The notes under the pieces were generated by a model. The model did no database searches and was not told the DNA's origin. It saw only the letters and a list, made by a program, of their open reading frames with translations. This document shows, piece after piece, positions 29,959-39,282 of a stretch of 64,000 bases of DNA (within the stretch, counting starts at the first letter, position 1; every line of letters begins with the position of its first letter). The position numbers were made by a program, and so were the translations under genes. The DNA lies in the sequence record NC_014662.1. The stretch is one strand, 5' to 3'. Source of the stretch: Enterobacter phage CC31.

Positions 29959-30308
29959 TCAAGTTCCTTTACGAAGTTATCAACATCAGCCTTAGCTTTA
30001 TTATAATCAGCTAGAGTTTTAGCTAACCATTCTTCTTTGCGGCCTTTAAGCAAAGCAGACAAATATGAACCCTGAGCAAATAGCTGTGTAGTCATTAAAT
30101 TTGACATAACATTTGCTAGTTCTGGCGCTTTAGCTTTTACGGCGCGTCGTAAATTTGCTCCAGCTTCGTCTAAGTCTCTGGCGATGTTTTCAAGTTCTTG
30201 TTCTGCGCGAACTGAACCATCATCTACACGAAGTCCATACGAATAAGCATATGAAGCTTTGCGGTATTTTTCGAGTAGAATTTTAATGGACATTAGCAAT
30301 TTCCTCAA
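29955..30308 (-). CDS. hypothetical protein
   Basis: 117-aa ORF. Confidence 0.45.
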   Translation of the reverse strand: MRKLLMSIKILLEKYRKASYAYSYGLRVDDGSVRAEQELENIARDLDEAGANLRRAVKAKAPELANVMSNLMTTQLFAQGSYLSALLKGRKEEWLAKTLADYNKAKADVDNFVKELE

Positions 30309-30498
30309 TAATGACGTTTACACGCGCAGTAGCTTCATCGTATCGAGCTTTAGCTTGCATTGTTTCTACAACAAGGTCTTCGTAAGTCAAATAACCGTCT
30401 TCCATTTGCATACGAGTTTTAGCTGAACCATAGTCAATTGCGCGAGCCTTAAGTTCAGAGATAGCGCCTTCAAGAGCCATTTTAGCAAATTTGTTCAT
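30283..30498 (-). CDS. hypothetical protein
   Basis: 71-aa ORF. Confidence 0.45.
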   Translation of the reverse strand: MNKFAKMALEGAISELKARAIDYGSAKTRMQMEDGYLTYEDLVVETMQAKARYDEATARVNVIIEEIANVH

Positions 30499-30974
30499 AG
30501 TCCAAGTGCCTCATATAATGATTTACGAATATCACGAACATCTTTACCTGCTGGTCGCATTGAACCCTCGACATCCGAAATAAATCCGTTTGCACAATTG
30601 GATTTAATTTGCCCGTAAATTGAAGCTGCTTCAATAAGCTTGTCAATCAAATCACGTTTATAGTCTTCTTCCATGCGAATGCCATACCATTCATCGTAAT
30701 CTTCAACAGGAGCAAATATTTTGAACCAAGTTTCTTCTGAAATATAAGTTTGTTCTTTGAGCTTAAAGACATGAGATGGAATAGTTTCAGTTCCAGGAGC
30801 GAATACTCTCACAGAAACTACAGTAGGCTTTCCACCAATAATTTCAAACCAGGGACTCACAGTAGCTTTACGCATCAATGGAGTTTTGTGACGGGCACCC
30901 TGCATACACAATTTGCGTAGCTGGGTCTTTTTAATTGCAGATAAGAATGAGCCATCTTTTACAAAATAACGCAT
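30495..30974 (-). CDS. hypothetical protein
   Basis: ORF with probable start MRYFVKDG; no recognisable motif. Confidence 0.5.
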   Translation of the reverse strand: MRYFVKDGSFLSAIKKTQLRKLCMQGARHKTPLMRKATVSPWFEIIGGKPTVVSVRVFAPGTETIPSHVFKLKEQTYISEETWFKIFAPVEDYDEWYGIRMEEDYKRDLIDKLIEAASIYGQIKSNCANGFISDVEGSMRPAGKDVRDIRKSLYEALGL

Positions 30975-31004
30975 ATTATTTTCCTCAAAGTTTATTATCC
31001 CGAT

Positions 31005-31020
31005 GAGGCCCGAAGGCCTC
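31005..31020 (-). terminator. hairpin GAGGCC-CGAA-GGCCTC
   Basis: Read directly. Confidence 0.45.
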
Positions 31021-31102
31021 AATTAAAACGTAACTACCATTGCAAGAGCTACGGAACATGCAACTGCAGCGATGAACAGACCGAAACAAAACAGCTTTGC
31101 AC

Positions 31103-31405
31103 CTAACGTGAATTTACGCATTTTGGTTCCTTTAATTCGTAGCGATAGTAACATATCATACCATTAGCATCTTTGGTATAACGAAGAACATCATTTAACC
31201 AAATTCTAAACTCCTGAGAATCAGAATAAGGCATTCCCACGAATGGACGACCATCAACTTCAACGATAGTCCAATGCCCGTTCCAAGGCTTGATTTGGTC
31301 AGGCCAAGATGGATGCACTACCGTTGGCTGGGGTAACTCTGGTGTCTTCTGGGAACATCCAGCCAATAGTCCAATTGATAATACAGTGGCTACTAAGAGT
31401 TTCAC
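31103..31405 (-). CDS. o-spanin (outer-membrane lipoprotein spanin subunit; T4 pseT.2-like)
   Basis: 100 aa; lipoprotein signal MKLLVATVLSIGLLAGCSQ with LAGC lipobox; proline-rich; overlaps the i-spanin stop by 4 nt. Confidence 0.75.
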   Translation of the reverse strand: MKLLVATVLSIGLLAGCSQKTPELPQPTVVHPSWPDQIKPWNGHWTIVEVDGRPFVGMPYSDSQEFRIWLNDVLRYTKDANGMICYYRYELKEPKCVNSR

Positions 31406-31758
31406 TTGGTGGCCTCCTGAAACTCTAGAGTCAATTTGTTGAAAGACTCATTTAACTGCTTTTCAACCAGCTTAGGCTTAGCTTTGACCACATGCTCACG
31501 CTTGGCATCTTTAGCCATTTTAGCGTCAGACTTATCAGCCTCTGCTCTGTTTTCTTTACGAGTCTCATCATACTTATTGAGATTCACAAAGTCTGTTTTT
31601 AACTTTTCAATAGCTTTGCCATTAGCTTCAGCTATTTGTTGCATTTGCTTAAGGTCTTCTTTTAAGCCATCAATCCGTGAAGATTGATATTGAATGAACC
31701 CATAAGCTGTTAATCCGAGCGCCACTAAAATGACGTGGATGTTTGTTATTTTGAACAT
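31402..31758 (-). CDS. i-spanin (inner-membrane spanin subunit; T4 pseT.3-like)
   Basis: 118 aa; N-terminal transmembrane helix followed by charged coiled-coil-like region; immediately upstream of the lipoprotein partner. Confidence 0.75.
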   Translation of the reverse strand: MFKITNIHVILVALGLTAYGFIQYQSSRIDGLKEDLKQMQQIAEANGKAIEKLKTDFVNLNKYDETRKENRAEADKSDAKMAKDAKREHVVKAKPKLVEKQLNESFNKLTLEFQEATK

Positions 31759-32252
31759 AATTTGATGATTGCCTGTACAATATCGTCCTGAGAAAGACCA
31801 TTGATAAGAATATGATGTTCAGCAGGAGAGTTTTGAATTTTGAAGCAAGGGTCCACCATCTCTGCCATTTCTGAAGCAGAAAGACGAGGATTTGAAACAC
31901 CCAGACGATGCTTTCCATAGATTGGGTCTACGATGATGTAGCACTTACAACCATTTACATGAACGTTTGGTTGGGAAATGTTAATCATCACTTCTGCGCC
32001 GTACTTGGTCAGATGATTATCTAAGAAGCTGCGCATTTCTTCTACTGCTTCAGGCATCTTCTCAGCACGTTCTTCATTTACCCGATTGCTGTATTCTTTA
32101 CGAGCCTTTTGACGCTTTTGGTCGCGAGAGTAAGCTACACGTAAATCAGTGATGTAACCCAGAGGACGAGAATTTTTGAAAATACGAATCCCGTCATGGT
32201 GTGTACCTTCGTAAATTTCTACTAGCTCTTCGGCAGTGATTAAGTTCAGCAT
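31746..32252 (-). CDS. hypothetical protein; position and size (168 aa) consistent with T4 alc
   Basis: Synteny only (between rnlA and spanins); early-promoter-like motif upstream. Confidence 0.4.
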   Translation of the reverse strand: MLNLITAEELVEIYEGTHHDGIRIFKNSRPLGYITDLRVAYSRDQKRQKARKEYSNRVNEERAEKMPEAVEEMRSFLDNHLTKYGAEVMINISQPNVHVNGCKCYIIVDPIYGKHRLGVSNPRLSASEMAEMVDPCFKIQNSPAEHHILINGLSQDDIVQAIIKLCSK

Positions 32253-32282
32253 TTCGTTTTCTCCATTTGGTTAGTGTAGAGA

Positions 32283-32312
32283 CATAGTAACACAATCAAA
32301 TGGAGATGTAAA
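32283..32312 (-). promoter_or_regulatory. T4 early-promoter-like element
   Basis: GAGATGTAAACGGTTAG with CATAGTAACAC -10 region. Confidence 0.5.
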
Positions 32313-32315
32313 CGG

Positions 32316-33446
32316 TTAGATGTACTCAGCCGGAGTGAATGGCTTTGTGTTCTTCAAGAATGCACAGTTGAGCTTGGTGATGAGCTGGTCGTCATCAAGG
32401 TCTCCTGCATACATTTTCATGATGATACCGAAAACTTGAGGTAGACCGGCCAATGCGGTTTCAGCTTGAGCGTTTGCTGCGTAAGACTTACGGTCTTTAC
32501 CACGATGAGTAGCATAGAAGTCCTGGCACAGCTTAAGAGAAGAACGCAGATAGTTCAAGTACTGAGTTTCGAAAGCATTGATTTTACCCAACGCAAACTC
32601 GTCAGAATCGAACATACCACGAAGGTCATCTGCCGCGTTATTCACGATGCACTCAAACAGACGCTCGTTGTTGATAATGGAGTCTTTGGTGTGGTGCAGA
32701 GCCGTGTACCATTCGGTTTTCAGCTTAAAGCGTAAACCATCTTCCATAACCATCACGTAACCTTCGATTTGCTCTTCAGCTCGAAGCTTGGAAACAAAAT
32801 CACCTTTAGGAACTTCAAAGGCTTCTACCAGATACTTACGAAAAACTGGATGAGCCAGAAGGTCTTCGTAGTCAACATACTCACCAGTATCGTTTTCACG
32901 AACGTTCAGAAGAACAAGCATCTTTTTAGGATAGCTCAGAACAATTCGGTTCTGCGGAGAGCAGTATTCGAAGTTAGCGGTGAAGCCATCTTTTGCTAAA
33001 TCAATCAGAGCTTCAGCCAAATCCAAATGCTCAATACTTGCCAGCATTGCAGAAGCTTCAACAGCCTGCTCAGATTTGATAGAAGTCTTAGACTTAAAGC
33101 GAATACGATTTTCGCCGTCTAGATAAGTAGAAACCAAAGAACCATCTTCTTTAGCCAGCATGTACTTAACTTTGGAAAGGTCTAGATTCATTGTGAACGG
33201 AGTTTCATTCAGGTTGAAGAACTTTTCCATTGGACGAGATGCAATACGCACTGGGATGTCATCAACATCAAGTTCAAACATGATGCCACGGCACTCTAAT
33301 GCAGACGGCAGAAGCCAGTCAGAGTAAGATGCGTAATGGTAAGAAAACGTGCGGTATTTGTACCCCATTGGAGATACATCATCACGGTAGAAGAAACGAG
33401 TTTCATCGTTACATAGAGTCATGAGCTCATTGAATAATTTTTTCAC
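32316..33446 (-). CDS. rnlA: RNA ligase 1
   Basis: 376 aa; strong match to T4 Rnl1 as recalled (RFFYRDDVSP...YRTFSYHYASYSDWLLPSALECRGIMFE, LVSTYLDG, FTANFEY). Confidence 0.93.
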   Translation of the reverse strand: MKKLFNELMTLCNDETRFFYRDDVSPMGYKYRTFSYHYASYSDWLLPSALECRGIMFELDVDDIPVRIASRPMEKFFNLNETPFTMNLDLSKVKYMLAKEDGSLVSTYLDGENRIRFKSKTSIKSEQAVEASAMLASIEHLDLAEALIDLAKDGFTANFEYCSPQNRIVLSYPKKMLVLLNVRENDTGEYVDYEDLLAHPVFRKYLVEAFEVPKGDFVSKLRAEEQIEGYVMVMEDGLRFKLKTEWYTALHHTKDSIINNERLFECIVNNAADDLRGMFDSDEFALGKINAFETQYLNYLRSSLKLCQDFYATHRGKDRKSYAANAQAETALAGLPQVFGIIMKMYAGDLDDDQLITKLNCAFLKNTKPFTPAEYI

Positions 33447-33856
33447 TTTTTACCCTTATGTTGAGTATTCCACGGAGGATTGAATTTTTTGATGAACATC
33501 GGTTCTTCAAGGTCCATCGTTGAGATTGACATTTCACCGAGTTCGTTGTTTATCAGGAGATTAAAGCACTGTCGAGCATAAAAGCTAACAGTCTTTCCTG
33601 ACATCAGAGCATCGTAAATCTTAGCTGACTTAGTTGAGTCTGACGTCTGGTCTTTGCGATTAATCGCTGTCCTGTAATAATTTATTCTCTTTCTGAGATT
33701 CTTGGTCTTACCGATGTAGACCAACTCATCATCAACTGCAATTGCATATACCACGTTCAACTTGTTTGGAACTTGGACTTGGTCTATAGTGCAATCAGGT
33801 AGCAGCTTCAGTTGAGTGTATTCTATAAAAGAAAACTCGTTAGCAATATCTTTCAT
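33443..33856 (-). CDS. denA: GIY-YIG endonuclease II
   Basis: 137 aa; GIY-YIG core VVYAIAVDDELVYIGKTKNLRKRINYYR; synteny with nrdB. Confidence 0.8.
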   Translation of the reverse strand: MKDIANEFSFIEYTQLKLLPDCTIDQVQVPNKLNVVYAIAVDDELVYIGKTKNLRKRINYYRTAINRKDQTSDSTKSAKIYDALMSGKTVSFYARQCFNLLINNELGEMSISTMDLEEPMFIKKFNPPWNTQHKGKK

Positions 33857-33862
33857 AACAGA

Positions 33863-33878
33863 AGGGCCCGAAGGCCCT
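33863..33878 (-). terminator. hairpin AGGGCC-CGAA-GGCCCT
   Basis: Read directly. Confidence 0.45.
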
Positions 33879-33882
33879 CTCC

Positions 33883-35058
33883 TTACAAATACTTTCTGAA
33901 TTTCAACAGCACATCAGCATCGACATCGTTGTCAATCTGAGCTACAAGGTAACTTGAGATTTCAACTTCTTGTGGAGCAGATTGTACCGCATCTGAGTTT
34001 AAGTATTCACGAATCCATGGGATTGGGTGACGAACAGGAGCGTCAGTAATCGGGCATGGAAGACCACAGCTACGCATACGTGAAACTGTCAGATAGTCAA
34101 TGAAGTCATGAAGGATTTTCACAGATAGACCAGGAACCCCGCCATCGCGCCACAGATGAACTGCCCATTCTTTTTCTTGGCGGTTGATTTCCATGAAGAT
34201 ATCAACTGCTTCTTGTTCGCATTCACGAGCAATCTGAACCCATTCTTCGCCATCAGTACCAAGCTGAAGCTGACGAATAATGTACTGTGTACCCTTAAGA
34301 TGGAGCTGTTCATCACGTGCGATGAACTTCATAATCTTGGAGTTACCTTCCATGATTTCCATGTTCTTATGGAAATTGAAGGTACATGCGAAAGATACGT
34401 AAAAACGAATTGCTTCAAGACCATTGATGACATGCAGACACAGATAAAGTGCTTTCATTAGTTCACGTTTAGCATCAATGACATATCCTTCATACATTTC
34501 AATGTCATTTTGTTGGCATGAACCAAGAGATTCTTCATACCGCTCTTTAGCGTTTTCCCACAGACGAGTCTTCAGAATTACATCGTCATAATAATGACCA
34601 ATTGTCTCAGCTCGTTTCATAATTGCTTCATCGAGAACAATCTCATCAAACACCTTTGCCGGGTCATTCAGCAGGTTACGCATGATGTGAGTATATGAAC
34701 GAGAGTGAATCGTTTCAGAGAACGTCCAGGTCTGGTTCCATGTATCGAGTGATGGGTCAGAAATCAGAGCAGAAAGAACAGCAGCTGGAGCTCGGCCTTG
34801 GATTGAATCCAGAAGGCTTTGATATTTCAGATTATCAAGGAATACGTTTTGCTGGCCAACTGGAAGCTTTTCAAATTGAGCTCGGTCAGTCATCAGGTTA
34901 ACTTCTTCAGGACGCCAGAAGAACGAGAGTTGTTTCTCAATCAGTTCTTCAAATGTACGGTGGCGCTGAATATCATATCGTGCAATACCAAGCCCACTTC
35001 CGAAGAACATCGGCTCGGTCATCAAATCTACTTGTTGCGTATTAAAAACTGTGCTCAT
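33883..35058 (-). CDS. nrdB: ribonucleotide reductase small subunit (uninterrupted, no intron)
   Basis: 391 aa continuous ORF with di-iron RNR R2-like sequence. Confidence 0.93.
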   Translation of the reverse strand: MSTVFNTQQVDLMTEPMFFGSGLGIARYDIQRHRTFEELIEKQLSFFWRPEEVNLMTDRAQFEKLPVGQQNVFLDNLKYQSLLDSIQGRAPAAVLSALISDPSLDTWNQTWTFSETIHSRSYTHIMRNLLNDPAKVFDEIVLDEAIMKRAETIGHYYDDVILKTRLWENAKERYEESLGSCQQNDIEMYEGYVIDAKRELMKALYLCLHVINGLEAIRFYVSFACTFNFHKNMEIMEGNSKIMKFIARDEQLHLKGTQYIIRQLQLGTDGEEWVQIARECEQEAVDIFMEINRQEKEWAVHLWRDGGVPGLSVKILHDFIDYLTVSRMRSCGLPCPITDAPVRHPIPWIREYLNSDAVQSAPQEVEISSYLVAQIDNDVDADVLLKFRKYL

Positions 35059-35105
35059 TATTTACCTCTTAAGACCATCCGTGGTCCAATTATAAACTGA
35101 AAGAA

Positions 35106-37361
35106 TTAAAGCTTACATGCAGAACAATCTTCGGCTTTTGGTTTTTCGATTTCAAAATCGTCGTTACCAGAACCATCACGAGTGTTATGATAGTACAACG
35201 TCTTACCGCCAAAGTACCAGAAGTAAAGCAAGTCGTCCATCATAACAGACATTGGCACTTTACCTTTCTCATAGTTCTGAGGGTCATAGTAAGTATTAGC
35301 TGATGCAGATTGGCATACCCACTTCAACATAATAGCTACTTGAGTCAGATAAGGTTTGTTACCCTGTTTAGCAAGTTTCCATGCATAATCATAGAGGTCA
35401 GCATTCAGTTCAACATTCGGAACTACTTGGTTGAAGCTTCCTTCTTTAGACTCTTTAATAGAGACTGGACCTCGTGGCGGCTCAATACCGTTTGTGCTGT
35501 TGGAAACCTGGGAGGAGGACTCACATGGCATGAGTGCGGACAATGTACTGTTACGGATGCCATATTGCTTGAGTTCTGCACGGAGTGCTTCCCAGTCACA
35601 AACGTAATTCGGCGCCGCGAGCTGGTCAATTCTCTTATTGTACCAGTCGATAGGTAATTCGCCTCGAGACCAACGAGTGTCTTTATAATACTCGCAAGGT
35701 CCTTTTTCTTTTGCAAGTTTAATTGATGCTTTAATGAGTGCATATTGCAGCCTTTCAAACAGTTCATGAGTCAGGTCGTTTGCATCAGCGTATGTAGCAA
35801 AGTTATCTGCCAACCAAGCAGCATAGTTCGTTACACCAACACCCAATGCTCGGCGTTTAAGAGCTTTCAAAGCTTCTTTAACTGGATAACCTTGATAACT
35901 CAAGAGGTTGTCGAGTGCTCGGACTTGGACTTCTGCGAGTTCGTTAATAGTTTCTTGGTCTTGCCAATCGAAGTTGCCGAGCACGAACGCAGACAACGTA
36001 CACAGCGCAATTTCTGCGTCTTCTGAGTAGACGTCTTTAGTAGGTAACGCAATTTCTGCGCAGAGGTTCGATTGCTTAATCGTAGCCACATCACGAATAA
36101 AAGGACCATAATCACCAACGTTATCTACGAAGTAAGGATAGATACGAGCAGTACCCGAACGCTCAGTCAAGAACAGTTCAATTAATTCACGAGCTTTAAC
36201 ACGTTTCTTACGAACATCTGGGTTCTTTTCAAGAGCTTCATATTGTTCACGGAACGCAGCAGCATCTTTGAAATAGTTCTCATACAAACGACCCGCATCA
36301 ATATCCGGAGAGAACAGAGTGATGTAGTCGTCTTTAATCAGACGTTCAAACATCAGGTCGTTGATTTGAACACCATAATCCAAGTGACGAATTCGGTTTT
36401 CATCTACGCCTTTGTTGTTCTTAAGTACGAGGAGGTTCTCAACTTCAAGGTGCCAGATTGGATAGTACAATGTCGCCGCGCCACCACGGACTCCGCCTTG
36501 GGAACAAGACTTAACTGCTGTTTGGATGTGTTTCCAGAAAGGAATAACTCCAGTATGCTTGACTTCTCCGAAGCCGATTTTTGAACCTTCTGCACGAATC
36601 ATACCTGCGTTAATGCCGATACCAGCACGTTTAGAGATGTACTCTACAATTGATTCAGCTGATTTGTTAATTGACTTCAGTGAATCACCAGCTTCAATAA
36701 CAACGCAAGAACTGAATTGACGAGTAGGAGTACGAGCACCTGCCATGATTGGAGTTGGCAGAGAAATTTTCTTAGTTGACACAGCATCATAAAAACGAAT
36801 AGTGTTAACCAAGCGATTTTCACCATCATCCTGGTGCAGAGTCATACCGATGAGCATGAATGCAAACTGAGGAGTTTCGATGATTTGACCCGTGCTGCGG
36901 TCTTTAACCAGGTATTTTTCAATGAGCTGCATTGTACCAGCATACGTCATTTCAAAATCACGGTCATGAACAATTTTACTTTCAAGCAGAGCAATTTCTT
37001 CAGCAGACCATTTGGCAAGAACTTCTTTGTCATATTTGTTGTGATTAACACCAAATGAAATCTGGTCAATAAATGAACGAGGCTCAAACTGCCCATAAAC
37101 TTGCTTACGGAGATTGAACATCGCCAGATTACTTGCGACGTACTGATAATCTGGTTCTTCAATTGAAATCATTGAAGCTGCAACCTTAGTAGCTGCGCGT
37201 TGAATGTCATACGTCGTCATTCCATCTTGCAGATGTGGAACGATAGCTTGATATAGCTCATATGGGTCAACTCGGGTGTTTTCACAACCCCATTCCAGAA
37301 CCTTAATAAGTTTTTCTGGAGTAAATTCCTGAGAGGTACCACTGGACTTAATTACTTTCAT
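35106..37361 (-). CDS. nrdA: ribonucleotide reductase large subunit
   Basis: 751 aa; class Ia RNR catalytic subunit features, C-terminal CxxC tail (DCSACKL). Confidence 0.95.
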   Translation of the reverse strand: MKVIKSSGTSQEFTPEKLIKVLEWGCENTRVDPYELYQAIVPHLQDGMTTYDIQRAATKVAASMISIEEPDYQYVASNLAMFNLRKQVYGQFEPRSFIDQISFGVNHNKYDKEVLAKWSAEEIALLESKIVHDRDFEMTYAGTMQLIEKYLVKDRSTGQIIETPQFAFMLIGMTLHQDDGENRLVNTIRFYDAVSTKKISLPTPIMAGARTPTRQFSSCVVIEAGDSLKSINKSAESIVEYISKRAGIGINAGMIRAEGSKIGFGEVKHTGVIPFWKHIQTAVKSCSQGGVRGGAATLYYPIWHLEVENLLVLKNNKGVDENRIRHLDYGVQINDLMFERLIKDDYITLFSPDIDAGRLYENYFKDAAAFREQYEALEKNPDVRKKRVKARELIELFLTERSGTARIYPYFVDNVGDYGPFIRDVATIKQSNLCAEIALPTKDVYSEDAEIALCTLSAFVLGNFDWQDQETINELAEVQVRALDNLLSYQGYPVKEALKALKRRALGVGVTNYAAWLADNFATYADANDLTHELFERLQYALIKASIKLAKEKGPCEYYKDTRWSRGELPIDWYNKRIDQLAAPNYVCDWEALRAELKQYGIRNSTLSALMPCESSSQVSNSTNGIEPPRGPVSIKESKEGSFNQVVPNVELNADLYDYAWKLAKQGNKPYLTQVAIMLKWVCQSASANTYYDPQNYEKGKVPMSVMMDDLLYFWYFGGKTLYYHNTRDGSGNDDFEIEKPKAEDCSACKL

Positions 37362-37659
37362 GCAAATCCTCTAGCGTAAATGTGTCTTTGAATAATCTGT
37401 TTACTATATGAGCTATTATATCACCATGGCAAGCTTTAGGTTTACAAGTGCATCCTAATCTCATTCCACGGAGAGTCTCCAGGTGCTCACGTTTTATTTC
37501 ACCACTCCTAATACGCTTAATGAAGTCCTCTTTAAAGGCTTCAATGGCAGCCTCCCGGCTGCCAGCATTTTTACCAACGTCATTACCCCACATTGTACCT
37601 CGTTGGATATTAACGTCGAAATCGGAATGGTATTTATTAACCACTCGACAAGCTCTCAT
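37348..37659 (-). CDS. hypothetical Cys/His-containing protein
   Basis: 103-aa ORF overlapping nrdA start by 14 nt; GCTCKPKACHGD motif. Confidence 0.5.
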   Translation of the reverse strand: MRACRVVNKYHSDFDVNIQRGTMWGNDVGKNAGSREAAIEAFKEDFIKRIRSGEIKREHLETLRGMRLGCTCKPKACHGDIIAHIVNRLFKDTFTLEDLHESN

Positions 37660-37889
37660 TTAACTTCCACAATAAACCATGTATCATGAATTAATTGATT
37701 AGATTCAAGTCCGAATTCTTCAAAACCGTGCGCTTTTTCGTATGCATGGACAACGTTACGAACATAGAGACGCGCTCCACGAACTTGAATAATTGAACCG
37801 ACCTTTGGAATTTCAGAATCACGGATGTTATAAACTTCTGCGATAGGGTCTTCTTCATTATTTTGAATTACAATTCTAAGATGTGGCAT
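37656..37889 (-). CDS. hypothetical protein
   Basis: 77-aa ORF. Confidence 0.45.
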   Translation of the reverse strand: MPHLRIVIQNNEEDPIAEVYNIRDSEIPKVGSIIQVRGARLYVRNVVHAYEKAHGFEEFGLESNQLIHDTWFIVEVK

Positions 37890-38935
37890 TATGCTTTACT
37901 CACAATAACAACGCGTTCAGTAGATTCACCAACAATTTCAATGTGATGAGCCAGAACTATATGAAAATAGCCATTAATCATAATAGAAGAGTTTAATTTG
38001 AAGTCAGCATCGCACAGTTGCTCATCAGTTTGAGCATAAACGATACTTCCCAAAGCATTTGTAAATTTAGTAATCATACAGCCATTTTTTCCTTTGATTG
38101 TTGGGTGACTTTCATAGTTAACTAACTTGAAGTCTTCGATAACAGCAAATCGGTTTATCCACTTAAGCTGAGATGAAGTTTGCCAGCGCTCAAACTCAAT
38201 TGGAAAATCAATTTCAAGATTGCAGAGTTCTTTTGGCTCTCGACGAAGAATTTCTTCGCACTGCTCAATATGATTTGAATAAATGTGAGTGTTGCCGCCA
38301 GTAAATACCAAATGACCAGGTTTTAAGCCAGTCATTTTAGCTACGATATGAATCAAAGCAGCATACGACGCAATATTGAATGGTAGACCAAGGAATACAT
38401 CTACCGACCTCTGGTACCACTGGAGGTCCAGAAGCCCATTGCGTACGTTGAACTGATATATCATATGGCATGGTGGAAGCGCCATCTTAGGGATGTCTAG
38501 AGGGTTCCAGGCGGTCACAATTTGACGGCGGTCATTAGGTAGTTCTTTGATTCGGTTAATAACCAAAGTCAATTGGTCAACACCCATAAAGTCTCGCCAC
38601 TGCTTACCATAAACCGGACCAAGCTCGCCGTCGACATATCCCATTGAACGAGCTTGATTTTCGTAGTTGTCGTCCCAAACAGTTTTACCATTTGTCGGAG
38701 ACCCATGCTGACGAAGACGCAAATCGTTTACATTCGTTGAACCGGACAAGAACCACAGAAGTTCTGCAATACATGCTTTCCAAGCAAGCTTCTTGGTAGT
38801 CACTGCTGGAAAACCTTCTTGCAAATCAAATCGTAATTGAGTACCAAACACAGCACAAGTGCCAGTTCCTGTGCGGTCGTCAGTTACATAGCCTTCATCA
38901 AAGATGTGTTGAATTAGTTGTTGATATTGTTTCAT
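37889..38935 (-). CDS. td: thymidylate synthase; as sequenced fused in frame to a 62-codon downstream ORF through an A6 run (38085-38090); canonical TS end predicted near 38075
   Basis: TS motifs (DRTGTGT, PPCH active-site Cys, WNP, QWYQRSVD); with A5 instead of A6 the frame would read IKGKMAV-stop and the next ORF (MITKF...) would start at an ATGA overlap. Confidence 0.88.
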   Translation of the reverse strand: MKQYQQLIQHIFDEGYVTDDRTGTGTCAVFGTQLRFDLQEGFPAVTTKKLAWKACIAELLWFLSGSTNVNDLRLRQHGSPTNGKTVWDDNYENQARSMGYVDGELGPVYGKQWRDFMGVDQLTLVINRIKELPNDRRQIVTAWNPLDIPKMALPPCHMIYQFNVRNGLLDLQWYQRSVDVFLGLPFNIASYAALIHIVAKMTGLKPGHLVFTGGNTHIYSNHIEQCEEILRREPKELCNLEIDFPIEFERWQTSSQLKWINRFAVIEDFKLVNYESHPTIKGKNGCMITKFTNALGSIVYAQTDEQLCDADFKLNSSIMINGYFHIVLAHHIEIVGESTERVVIVSKA

Positions 38936-39282
38936 TGGTTTCCTGGACGAAAGAAGATTTCACGGCCTTGTTTATCAAAACGACCAAAAACAGTCATCGT
39001 ATTACCGGAGATAACAACGTTACCTTTAGCAATATGATGAATTGTTTGACGAGTGTTCATCATAATTTTAACACCTAAACCATGAGCAATTCTGATGCCT
39101 TCATCAGCTGCCCAAGTGTCATTGATTTCAACGTCAATACGATAAAATCCATGAGGAATTGTTTTGTACAGCTCAGGTTTACGCTTATACTGTTCAATAG
39201 TAGGAGGATTACCCTCGATTACTAAAGCCCAATTCTTTTGGGCTTCTTCTTGTATCAACGTCAAATGATTATTGATTTTCAT
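38932..39282 (-). CDS. hypothetical protein, paralog of the adjacent upstream ORF
   Basis: C-terminal KGNVVISGNTMTVFGRFDKQGREIFF matches NGNVSFSNGCVTMIGDFFKSGSQVFF of ORF 39269..39589. Confidence 0.5.
   Translation of the reverse strand: MKINNHLTLIQEEAQKNWALVIEGNPPTIEQYKRKPELYKTIPHGFYRIDVEINDTWAADEGIRIAHGLGVKIMMNTRQTIHHIAKGNVVISGNTMTVFGRFDKQGREIFFRPGNQ

Noticed and set aside
31670-31918. 82-aa minus-strand ORF overlapping the i-spanin and the alc-position gene
   Set aside because: Overlaps two better-supported genes in a different frame; hydrophobic low-complexity translation; no independent start signal
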